In this document: piece after piece, positions 34,635 through 45,218 of the stretch
Numbering within the stretch: the first letter of the stretch is position 1
Layout of the letters: the number at the start of each line of letters is the position of its first letter
NCBI GenBank assembly: GCA_048213135.1
Contig: PS015133.1
Coordinates: forward strand, 2,878-65,606
Direction of reading: 5' to 3'
From: Reclinomonas americana ATCC 50394
Taxonomy: Eukaryota
DNA length: 62,729 nt
Notes under the pieces: model-generated
What the model was told of the DNA's origin: nothing
The model's input: the letters and a program-made list of their open reading frames with translations, nothing else
Databases searched by the model: none
Position numbers and translations under genes: made by a program

Positions 34635-34994
34635 TTAGCCGGAGCGAGGGAGAGAGATAAAATGCACAGTAATACTCAGTTCACTCACTCCATCCATCTC
34701 TTTTTCCTTTGTCACGGGGAGCAGTAAGTGTGCCTCGTTGGCACTCTCCGTCTTGTCTTTGCCTCTGAGAATCTGGATGGTTAGAAAGCATAGATGTGTT
34801 GTTGCACTCTTGCTATCACCGGACACGAGAGAAAGAGAGCGAGGGAGGGTTCGTTTCTGTTTGTAAAAATATTGTGCTAACAACTTCGCCACATCAGTTC
34901 CCGGTGTCGTCACGTCGTCCACAACGGTGGCTGGTGCTGGCGCCTCGTCGTCTTCAACTCCGGCAGCAGCGACGACTGCCGCAGCTCCCGTCAC
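34635..34994 (-). CDS. Possible orphan coding fragment
   Basis: 119-codon ORF with a protein-like segment (DDEAPAPATVVDDVTTPGTDVAKLLAQYFYKQKRTL); no ATG start or family recognised. Confidence 0.2.
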   Translation of the reverse strand: MTGAAAVVAAAGVEDDEAPAPATVVDDVTTPGTDVAKLLAQYFYKQKRTLPRSLSLVSGDSKSATTHLCFLTIQILRGKDKTESANEAHLLLPVTKEKEMDGVSELSITVHFISLPRSG

Positions 34995-35276
34995 TCTCCG
35001 TTACGTACCAACTCCTAGTTCAATCCCTCCTCGCTTCCACAGACCACTCACAGTTTGCCAACAGCGCCCGACTACGAGCCGGTGGGCAGCTTGGACGACG
35101 AGTAGTAAACATGCCGAGTAGATGATTCACACAACAACGTCGTTGTTCATTGTCACAGCATTCTACACGCCCTCCCTTGATGGCAATACCACTCTCCGCT
35201 CTCTCCGTGCGACCCAGCCCGTCCACTCTCCGTGGGAAGGTTACGGCGTGGACGGGCTGTGATGGGCCGCCATTGT

Positions 35277-35336
35277 GTCAGGCACCAGCCAGTGCACACC
35301 AAAACAGGGGGGTGGCCTTTGCGGCTGAGCCTTCAT
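35277..35336 (-). promoter_or_regulatory. Putative eukaryotic SECIS element (type II) in the 3' UTR of the selenoprotein gene
   Basis: The minus strand reads ATGAA-GGCTCAGCC-GC-AAA-GGC-CACC-CCCCTGTTTT-GGTG-TGCACT-GGCTGGTGCC-TGAC. It has an AUGA...GA core, a ~9-bp helix II (GGCUCAGCC/GGCUGGUGCC, one bulge), AAA 12 nt after AUGA and a CACC/GGUG mini-stem. It starts ~87 nt downstream of the stop codon. Confidence 0.78.
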
Positions 35337-35422
35337 ACGTGAGAGAGACAGAGAGCGAAATGCACACCAGAGCGGGCAGGGGGAATGCCAATGAGTGTGT
35401 GTGGTGATGACTGCGGAGATCG

Positions 35423-36990
35423 TTAGATCAGCATCACCACTGTGGCAAACGCCACAGCAATGGCCGAGGACACCGCAAAGACGTAGTTGGTCTCGCGGCG
35501 CTTCTGGTCACGGAATTCGCGCATGTGGCGCGGCATCGGTTTCTTCCCAGTACCCTGTGTTTTTTTTTTGGGGGGGGAGTGAGGTGCGGTGTATGTTGCT
35601 TTCGATGGATTGTAGAGACGCAACGTCGGGGTTCCATTGCTGGAAAGAGGAGAGGGGATGATAGTGAGCGACAGTATCAACAAAATGAGATCGTCAAGTA
35701 AAACACACGCTCACCCCGCGGTAAATCATGCCTCATTGGCCCTTCTGACCCATCCAGAACACGGTGAAGCCAGAGCCAAACGTCTGCAAGGAGGATGAGT
35801 GCCAACAACTCACTTCACATCTTGTAGCGACACACAACGCAACGAAAAAGAGCGCAGCGCCGCGCCACCACAGCTCGCGCTGTCCGTGCCACAGGTACGA
35901 CATGTAGAGCGAGGTCAGCACCAGCGCAATGCCGGCGTAGAAGCGGATCTTGCGGTCGATGGAGCAGGTGATGTAGCCGCGCTGCGGGGGAGGAGGAGAA
36001 AGGGTGAGGACGAGGGTGAGGAGAAGGAAGGAAAGAGGAAGGAGAGGAGGGTGCGAGAAGGAAGGTCAAGGATGGCGGGATGAAGGAGTTGGGGGTGTGA
36101 GGGAGAAGGTGTAAGAGTGAGGAAGCAGTCGGAAGGGCAAGGAAGGAGGGATGAAGGAGCTGGGGGGCTGAGGGAGAAGGGAAGAGCGAGGGAGAAGGGA
36201 CGGGTGAAGGAGCAGAGAACGGCAAGGGAGAAGCGAAGTGCGTGGACAATGGGAACGGGCGAGATAAGAGTACAGTGCGAGGTAGAAGACACGAGAGGAA
36301 GGGCGGAAAATGCGACAAGTGCAAGCATGCGAGTGCACAGCCAGTCACAATCAACAGCCAATAGACATAGTTCAGCAAGGTAAGAGGAGAGGTTGTCGCA
36401 GAACGCAAGGTGATGACAGAAAAGACTGCACGTCGATGACGGTCATGAAGGAGGAGAGAGTACAGGATCAAGGGAGGACGCTGCAACAGGATGCAAAGGC
36501 ACAAGAGAAGAGCACCGCATGCCATTTGTCAATCACATGCAGAAGGTGACACGAGAAGAAGAAGAAGAAGAAGAAGAGTAGACACTGCACGGAGAAATTG
36601 CAAGCACACAATGCATGCAAGCAATCAATCAATCAATCACGCAAAGAGAGAGAGAGAGAGAGAGTAAGGCACATGCACGCAAGGAGAACAATGTCTCTCT
36701 TGTTTATGACTCTCTCTTGTGTGTGCAAGTGTGTATGTGTGAAAGAGAGAGAGAGAGAGAGTGAGTGAGAGAGTGAGTGTGAGAGTGTGAGACACACATT
36801 GGAAGAACAGTGTCTCTCTCGCCCTCTTGGGACACACTCTCTCTCTCTCTCTCTTGTGTGTATGTGTGTGTGAGAGAGAAAGGCTGACACACATATCACT
36901 CTCTCTCTCTCTCCTCCTCACTCCTCACTGCACCTTGAGGTTATACTCGGGAGTATCCGGCACATCTGCCGCATCCACAGCACCACTCAT
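35423..36990 (-). CDS. Putative membrane selenoprotein (MSP-like), 136 aa, Sec at the in-frame TGA 35735-35733
   Basis: Exons 36990-36934, 35981-35844, 35783-35715, 35639-35625 and 35554-35423, all joined by phase-0 GT-AG introns, give MSGAVDAADVPDTPEYNLKRGYITCSIDRKIRFYAGIALVLTSLYMSYLWHGQRELWWRGAALFFTFGSGFTVFWMGQKGQUGMIYRGQWNPDGTGKKPMPRHMREFRDQKRRETNYVFAVSSAIAVAFATVVMLI-TAA. It has three hydrophobic segments and a downstream SECIS. Confidence 0.8.
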
Positions 36991-37079
36991 CGTGTAACGC
37001 GCGCTCTCTCAGCACACAACGACGGAAACAAAACAAGCAAGAGAGGACGAGAGGACACACAACAATCAACCATTTATTC

Positions 37080-38739
37080 ATGTTTTCTCGCGGCGCTCTT
37101 CATTGCCGTCGGCTTTTGTCGACAACGTCGACGTTTTCGGCAAAGGGGATCCGAGTGCCTACTGCTGGTTTCATTGCCATTGGCAATGAGGTGCTCACTG
37201 GCAAAGTGCACGATGTGAATACGTTTAATCTCGCAAAGTGTGCGTGTTCTCTCTGTGTGTGTGTATGAGAGAGAGAGAGATGGGAAGGGCGTAGAGTTGT
37301 CTTTGGTTGTCGCTGTTGCATTCTTCCGTCAATCACTTCATCAATCTTCAGCTTCTTTACGTGTTTCTCTTCATCTCCTCCTCTTTCTGCACTGTCTTCT
37401 TGATCTTCCAGTCTGCTTTATTCTCCTCCTCCTCCTCCTCCTCCTCCTCCTCCTCCTCCTCCTCCTCCTCCTCCTCCTCCTCCTCCCATCTTTATTGTTC
37501 CTCTCTTTCTTTTATATCATCGTTGTCTTGTTCTTCTTCTCCTTCTTCTCCTTCTTCTCTTTCCCTCCTCTTCCTCCTCCTCCTCTTCTTCCTGATCTTC
37601 TTCTTCATCTTCATCTTCTTCTGCTCCTCCTCCAATCCTCATAGTTCTTCTCCTTGTACTCCACCATCGTTGTGTTGTTCCTCTTCTTGTTCCTGTTCGT
37701 GTTCTTGTTTGTGTTCTTGTTCTTCTCCCGCTCCTCCTCCTTCTTCTCTTTCTTCTCGTCTTCCTCCTCCCCTCCTGCTTATCCTCCTCCTCCTCCTCCT
37801 CCTCCTCCCTTCCCTCCTCTCTCTCTCTCACACATCTCCCTTCCCTTCCCTCCCTTCCCTCCCTTCCCTCTCTTCTCCCTTCCCCCTCTCTCTCTCAGTC
37901 CTCTTCAAGCAAGGCGTCGACCTCCGCCGCGTCTCCGTCATCCCCGACGACCGCGCCGACATTGTGGACACGGCGAGGCGATTCAGCGAGCGCTTCGACT
38001 TTGTGTTCACCTCCGGAGGCATTGGACCCACTCATGACGGTCTGCTTTCTCTCTCTCCCGTCTGCCATGTGTGTGTCGTCCGGCTCTCATATGCGCAAAA
38101 AGATATTACGTACGAGTCGCTGGCGGCGGCATTCGACGTGCGGCTTGCCTACGACGATCGCGTGCTGCGGAAAATGGAGCACTACTACAAGCCGCGGAAG
38201 ATCGACGTGTACAGCAACCTGAACGTGAAGCGCATGGCGTTGCTGCCGATCGGCTGCGAGATTCTGTGGACGGAGGACTTGTGGGTGCCGCTGTGTGTGG
38301 TCAACCGGAACGTGCACATTCTGCCCGGCATCCCCTCGCTGTTCATGCGCATGATTGAGGCGCAGGCGGAGCGCTTCGTCGGGCCACCGAAGACGCGCCA
38401 GCTGCTGTACACGTTGAGTCGGGAGTCGGCGATTGCCGATGCGTTGCGCGAGGCCGAGGCCAAGTTTGATGTGGCGGTCGGTGAGTGGGGACAGAAGGGG
38501 GAAGAAGGGGGCGCTGCAGGGCGAGGTGGTGAATGACTCGGCAGGGTGCAGGTTCGTACCCAAAGTACGGCGACCCGGCGCAGTTTGGCTACGCGGTGAT
38601 GGTGTCGGTGGAGAGCATTCACGAAAAGGCTGTGCGCGATGCCGTGTCGTACATTCGCAAGAAGAACCCGGATCTGACGCCGGAGATGCCGTTGCCAGTG
38701 CCGGCGGCGGCGGCGGCGGCGGCAGGAGCGGCAGCATGA
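37080..38739 (+). CDS. Molybdopterin-binding domain protein (CinA / FAD synthase MPTb-like), probable mitochondrial presequence, 4 exons
   Basis: Exons 37080-37239, 37899-38039, 38103-38480 and 38552-38739. Motifs IAIGNEVLTGKVHDVN, VFTSGGIGPTHDDITYE, NVHILPGIPSLF and VAVGSYP; the N-terminus MFSRGALHCRRLLSTT is Arg/Ser/Thr-rich and lacks acidic residues. Confidence 0.9.
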
Positions 38740-39864
38740 GTGTGCGCGTGATGATCAGCAGGTCAGCGGGAAATATAGTGCTGCTGGTGATTCTGTTTAT
38801 GTGTACACTACAGCAGCACATGACGAGTCGGCACAACAGTGTGGCAACGATCTTTCACAGCAAGGCAGTCTTCAGCACTTGCTGGCAGGTCGCCTTCAAC
38901 CCGCAGTCCTCTTGCTTCTCACTGTGCAGCCACCGGTCAGTAGCTGCCGCAGTGTTGACAACAGTGCCAGCAACAACTACAACAACAACTGCGCCCACCA
39001 CCTGCTCAAGCCACCACCGATATGAGCCTCACCAACAACACGACAAGCTCTCTTTTGTTCAACCACCACCAATGACGACTTTGCTTTGCTTGCTTCACGG
39101 ATCCGGACCCGGCTTAGCTTTGTTTGCCTGGCTTATGGCCTTTTCCCGAATTCGATGTGCCGTGTACGATCGCAGAAAACGCTATGCAANNNNNNNNNNN
39201 NNNNNNNNNNNNNNNNNNNNNNNNNNNNNNNNNNNNNNNNNNNNNNNNNNNNNNNNNNNNNNNNNNNNNNNNNNNNNNNNNNNNNNNNNNNNNNNNNNNN
39301 NNNNNNNNNNNNNNNNNNNNNNNNNNNNNNNNNNNNNNNNNNNNNNNNNNNNNNNNNNNNNNNNNNNNNNNNNNNNNNNNNNNNNNNNNNNNNNNNNNNN
39401 NNNNNNNNNNNNNNNNNNNNNNNNNNNNNNNNNNNNNNNNNNNNNNNNNNNNNNNNNNNNNNNNNNNNNNNNNNNNNNNNNNNNNNNNNNNNNNNNNNNN
39501 NNNNNNNNNNNNNNNNNNNNNNNNNNNNNNNNNNNNNNNNNNNNNNNNNNNNNNNNNNNNNNNNNNNNNNNNNNNNNNNNNNNNNNNNNNNNNNNNNNNN
39601 NNNNNNNNNNNNNNNNNNNNNNNNNNNNNNNNNNNNNNNNNNNNNNNNNNNNNNNNNNNNNNNNNNNNNNNNNNNNNNNNNNNNNNNNNNNNNNNNNNNN
39701 NNNNNNNNNNNNNNNNNNNNNNNNNNNNNNNNNNNNNNNNNNNNNNNNNNNNNNNNNNNNNNNNNNNNNNNNNNNNNNNNNNNNNNNNNNNNNNNNNNNN
39801 NNNNNNNNNNNNNNNNNNNNNNNNNNNNNNNNNNNNNNNNNNNNNNNNNNNNNCTCCGACGAGC

Positions 39865-39911
<47 letters not shown>

Positions 39912-40209
39912 GGAACGTGCTGCCGCCTCAAGAGTGGCGTTCTTGTGTTGTTGATTCGGATACAGTTGAACTCGGTCATCAAGACAGCTGTTGCTTGTTG
40001 GCGGTCGACGTACGCGTCGAAGCAATTCAAATTGCATTCCTTGCCTCGCGATCACAGAAATCTCACATGGCCAAGAACTGGCAAGAGAACATACACAAGC
40101 AGCTATCGATAATTGCAAGACGAGCTTTACGCACACAGATGCACAATATCACATCGACGTCGCGTAACAACTGCCGTCCGTTGAGGACGACCAGTATTTC
40201 CTTCCTCTC

Positions 40210-43200
40210 ATGAGCGACGCAGACGACTTTCCCGTGCAAATCGCACGTGCCTCCTCACTGCGCGCGACAGCTGCAGAGGGCGATCAACCACAAGCAGGAG
40301 CAGGAGCAGGAGCAGGAGGGGAAGAGGAGTTCCCTCCACTGATGTTCTATGGATGGGGATTGGACTTTTTGCAGTCGACCGAGCTGCGAGAGCAGGTCGA
40401 GGAGCAGGAGCAGGAGGAAGAGAGGAAGTTGGGTGGATATTGTCATCATAATGGGAGAGGATGAAGGGATGAATGCCAGTCAGCCAGTCTCTCTGTCTCT
40501 CAGTCTCCATGTCTCTCTGTGTCTCTCATTCTCTCTCAGTCTCTCAGATTCGTTGTCTCTCTGCCTCTCAGTCTCTCTCAGTCTCTCAGTCTCCCTGTCT
40601 CTCTGTGTCTCTCAGTCTCTCTCAGTCTCTCAGATTCGTTGTCTCTCTGCCTCTCAGTCTCTCTCAGTCTCTCAGTCTCCCTGTCTCTCTGTGTCTCTCA
40701 GTCTCTCTCTGCCTCTCAGTCTCTCTCTGCCTCTCAGTCTCTCTCAGCCTCTCAGTCTCCCTGTCTCTCTGTGTCTCTCAGTCTCTCTCAGTCTCTCTGC
40801 CTCTCAGTCTCTCTCAGCCTCTAAGTCTCTCTCAGTCACTCAGTCTCTTAGTCACTCAGTCTCGCAGCCCTGAGTCTCTAAGTCTTCCTCTCCCTGTCTC
40901 TGTGTATCTGTTGCTCCATCTCTCAGTCTCTGTCTCTCTGCCTCTTAGTCTCTGAGTCTCTCAGTTTCTCTGTCACTCCTCGCAGCCGCTGAGTCTCTAA
41001 TCCTCTTTCTCTCCCCGTCTCTCTGTGTCTCTCAGTTTCTCAGTCCCTCTGTTGCTCCATCTCTCAGCCTCTCTGCCTCTCAGCGTCTCTGTCTCTCATC
41101 TCAGCCGCTCTGTCTCTCAAATTCGTTGTCTCTCTGCCTCGCAGTCTCTCTCAGGCCCTCAGTCTCTCAGTTTCTCAGCCTCTCAGTCTCTCAGCCCCTG
41201 AGTCTCTGTGCCTCTCTCTCTCTCTCTGTCTGCCTGTGTGCCACTGTGTCTCTGCCTCTCTGTCTCTCTGTCTCTCAGCCTCCCTGTCTCTTGTCTCCCT
41301 CCTGTTCTCTCTTCTGCGTATCATCTGTCCGTCTTCTCCCTTCTCCTCTCTATCCCTGTCCTTCTCCCTTTTCCTTTCCTTCCCCCTTCTCCCTTCTCTC
41401 CCTTTCCCTCACCCTCCCTTCTCCCTGCTCAGCACGCTGGACATCCTCAACGACTTCCTCGGCGACTACACCGGAGTCGTGCAGGTCGCCTGCGGCGACA
41501 CCCACCTCCTCTTTCTCACTGGCACGGGCGAGGTGTTCGCCGTCGGCTCGGGCGCGCATGGCAAGTGCGGTCAGGGCGACGCCAGCGACCAGTACTCTCC
41601 CGTGCAAGTGGAAGGCCTGCCGGAGGAGACGCCGGTGCTGTTTGTGGCCGCCGGCAAGGACTCCTCACTCTGCATCACTGCCGAGTTGCGTGTGGACGAG
41701 GGAGGCGGGCTCCCACACTCTCACTCACTCCTTCGCTTTCTTGCAGTTTCCGCGTGTGGGGTTGGGGACGTGGTGTCTCTGGTGAACTCGGGCACGGCAG
41801 ATCGGGAGCCGAGCTGACGCCAGTGCCAATGGCATTTGCACACGGTGGGCGCGTGTATGAGTGTGCGCTGGGAGAGTGCCATGGTGCCATGCAGATTGGT
41901 GCGTGCTCTAATATTCTCAATTCATACGAGCGCTGGCGGAGGACTAATGTGCATTGGGTGCAGAGACGGGAGAAATGTACACGTTTGGCGACAACACGCG
42001 CAGTGCACTGGGCATTGGCGAGGCCGAGTGCCATCTGGCGCCGCGCTTCGTGCCCGACTTGCTCGGCCTGTGCATGTCGGGCATGGCCTGCGGACCGCAC
42101 GTCACGGCAGCCATTTCTGATCAGGGCGCACTCTACGTGTGGGGCGACAACACTTATGGCCAGCTCGGACTCGGGCACACCAAGCGAGTACCGCGTGCCA
42201 CTCACCTCGACGTGGGCGACGCAGTGACCATGGTGGCATTTGGCGTAGGGCACATTGTGGTGCTGACGAGTTGCGTGAAGAGCAGCGGCGTCCCTCTTGT
42301 TCAAGTCCATGCTCTAGCACTTTCTCGTCCATCATCTCCAATCTCATTCTCTTCTCTCTCGAGTTTGTTCCTCAATACCGCCATGTGCACCACTCTCTCT
42401 CCCTCTTCGTCTGCATGTCTCGTCATCTTGTTTCAACCCATCCTTCCTCCACACCCACTTCTCTCTCCTCTGCTTTCCCGCTGCTTTCATTCTCATTCTC
42501 ACCCCTCTCGAGTTTATTCTTCATTACCGCCGCTCTGCCATGTCCATGCTCCTCCTTTTCTTCTTCTCTCCCTCCTCGTCTTCGTCTGCGTGTCGTGCCA
42601 CCACGTCCACTAATCTCTCCTCGGCTTTCATTCTCGTTGTCCTCTCGCTCGAGTTTATTCTTCAATACCGCCATCCATACTCTCTTGCTTCCCCTCCCTC
42701 GTCTGCATGTCTCGCGTCTAGTTTCAACTCATCCTTACTTCACTCACTTCTGTCTCCTTTGCTTTCCCGCTGCTTTCCCGCTGCATTCATTCTCATTCTC
42801 TCCCCTCTCGAGTTTATTCTTCAATACCGCCATCTATACTCTTTTGCTTCCCCCGCTCTCTCCCCATCTCCGTCTGCATATCCTCGCCTTGTTTCAACTC
42901 ATCCTTCCTTCACACCCACTTCGGTCTCCTCTGCTTTCCCGCTGCATTCATTATCATTCTCTCCCCTCTCGAGTTTATTCTTCAATACAGCCATCCATAC
43001 TCTCTTGCTTCCCCTATCCCTCGCCTTCTCCGTCTGCATATCCTCGCCTTGTTTCGACCCAGCCTCCCACCAACTTCACTCTCCTCTCCTCTGCACTGCC
43101 TTCATTCTTTTGCATTCGCCAATACGCACACATCAGCCATCACCCGATCGTGCCCGACCTTCTCATTTTCTCTCACTGCGCCGCCAACCACGGCAATTCT

Positions 43201-44267
43201 TCACTCCTTGTTTGATGCTCCTTATTCTCGTCCGTGCTAGTGCATTTCTTCAGCCCTCTCGAGTTGTTTTTCAATACCGCCGCGACCATGTCCATGCTCC
43301 TCCTCCCTTCCTTCCTCTTCCCTCACTACTTTTTTGTCTTGTTGCATCCCAACCAAGTCTGCTCTTCTCTCTTCTTCTCTTCTGCAATCCCTTCTCTCCC
43401 CCTTCATTCCTTCTCTCCCCTCTCGAGTTGTTTTCAATACCGCCGCGACCATGTCCATACTCCTCCTCCCTTCTTCATTCCTCTTCCCTCACTACTTTTT
43501 CGTCTTGTTGCATCCCAACCAAGTCTGCTCTTCTCTCTTCTGCACTCTCTTCTCTCCCCTTCATTCCTTCTCTCCCCTCTCGAGTTGTTTTTCAATACCG
43601 CCGCGACCATGTCCATACTCCTCCTCCCTTTCTCACTCTTCCCTCACTACTTCTGCGTCTTGTTGCATCCCAACCAAGTCCATTCTTCTCTCTTCTGCAC
43701 TCTCTTCACTCCCCCTTCATTCCTTCTCTCCCCTCTGGATTTGTTTTTCAATACCGCCGCGACCATGCCCACCCCTCTTATCACCCTTCCCCCTTCCCCC
43801 CTTCCCCCCTCCCTTCCCTCCATTCGCCTCACCCTTCCCCTCTATATAGAGAGCGGCGACGTCTACTGCTCCGGCCTCAACCTCAGCGGCCAGCTGGGAC
43901 ATGTCACCCCCGCCGACGCCAAACGCCGCCACCACTCGTACCGCCTGCAGCACGTCGAGTCGCTACCGGCGCCGGCTGTCCGAATTGGTGCCGCCGCCTC
44001 CTACACCTGCGCTCTGCTCGACGACCAGCGCCTCTTCCTGTGGGGTCGCCATCCCTCCACGCAACAGGCAAGTAGAAGACTTTCGCTGTATTCTCACGCC
44101 GTCTTCTCACACTCTTTGCCTTTTTCATATGTCCCCCCTCTAAAACACAGGTCTTTGATCAACCCGTGTGCATCAGCGGCCGTCATGCAGTGCAGAACTT
44201 TGGCTGCGGTGGTTCGCACCTTATCTACGCCGTCTACGCGCAGCAGCCGGATCGCAGCGATGTGCAG
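40210..44267 (+). CDS. RCC1-repeat protein, multi-exon, 3' end unresolved (probably continues into exon 44974-45218)
   Basis: RCC1 repeats after splicing: VQVACGDTHLLFLTGTGEVFAVGSGAHGKCGQG, VAAGKDSSLCITADFRVWGWGRGVSGELGHG, MACGPHVTAAISDQGALYVWGDNTYGQLGLG and VAFGVGHIVVLTKSGDVYCSGLNLSGQLG. Confidence 0.88.
40480..41285. repeat. (TCTCAG/TCTCTG)-based low-complexity array with ~82-bp higher-order duplications in RCC1 intron 1
   Basis: Dozens of tctcag units; the block tctcagattcgttgtctctctgcctctcagtctctctcag repeats at about 40541 and 40627. Confidence 0.85.
42330..43770. repeat. Intronic minisatellite, ~150-165 bp unit, ~9 copies
   Basis: The core ctcgagtt(t/g)...ttcaataccgcc recurs near 42358, 42507, 42648, 42807, 42968, 43258, 43423, 43579 and 43735, all inside intron 42270-43849. 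Confidence 0.88.
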
Positions 44268-44973
44268 GTACGTCACGAGTGTCTCTCTCTCTGTGCATGT
44301 GTGTGTGTGCGTGGGAGGGAGGGCGTAGAGCTCGTCTGCACGAGGCAAAGTGTTTTCTTTCGTGGTTTTTCGTCGGTACGGTTTCGCCATTTGCAGAGCA
44401 CGCGCTCCGCTTGTCGTTGTTTCCTCCGCAGTCTGCAACGCGAAGTTCTTTGTGTGTATACACGCACTCTCTCTTCTGCATGTCTCCCTCTCTCTCTGTT
44501 GCGTGTCTCTCGCCGTGTGAGTGAGTCATGTCCAGTACTCTCTCGTCTTGGCACCTCATTACGCTGTTTCATCATGATTACGAAACACGTATTGGTGCCC
44601 TTCTCTCCGTCGCAATATGCGCTATATGCGGATCGCATGTCTCCTCTCTTCCCTCGCGTTGCATGCGCGCGTGTGTGTGTTGCTGTTGTGCTTGTTTTTG
44701 GCGAAACATGCAACCATGACTCTTCTGGGAAAAATGACCGTTGAACGTGCGCGAGTGATACGACTCGTTCGCACCTTCTCTCTCTCTCTCACACACATAC
44801 GCTCCTTCTTCTCGCACACTTCTCACCTCCGCGTGTGCATCTGTGCTCTCCACGTGCGCTCTCCACTGCGTGTGTCTGATGTGATTGCCGCCGCCGGTAT
44901 CGTGCAATACCAAAGCGCATTTTCCTCTCATCACACTCACTCTTCTCACACACACACACACACGCTCTCGCAG

Positions 44974-45218
44974 TCTGCGTTTGTGCGCCTGCCAGTCGCA
45001 GCATCCACGGCCAAGTCACTGGTCAGACACACGACTGCGCACGTGGAGGCCGAAGAAGAGACGCAGCAGCAGCAGCAGCAGCAAGAGGATGTTGATGATG
45101 AGTCAGTACCGGCAGCAGCTGTGCCGGCATTCCGGTCGCCGGTGCCGCCCTCCTCTGACTCACCACCGCCACTGGTGGCCAGTCGAACAGGTAGTCGTGC
45201 TGGTAGTCGGCGCAGTGG
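44974..45218 (+). CDS. Isolated coding exon with a poly-Q and acidic stretch, likely a continuation of the RCC1 gene
   Basis: Bounded by ctcgcag| and |gtacgt; encodes SAFVRLPVAASTAKSLVRH...EEETQQQQQQQEDVDDE. Its phase-0 start is compatible with the RCC1 donor at 44268. Confidence 0.5.

Noticed and set aside
35733-35735. Genome-wide UGA reassignment (for example to Trp) as the explanation for the in-frame TGA
   Set aside because: Several genes in the window end at TGA, Trp is encoded by TGG, and no other in-frame TGA was found in the spliced models.
42875-43050. ATATCCT motifs resembling U12-type donors
   Set aside because: They lie inside minisatellite units within a GT-AG intron and do not border any exon.
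42330-43770. Regularly spaced repeats resembling a CRISPR array (also 28095-29030)
   Set aside because: The sequence between the cores is itself repeated rather than unique spacer, the context is eukaryotic and no cas genes are present.
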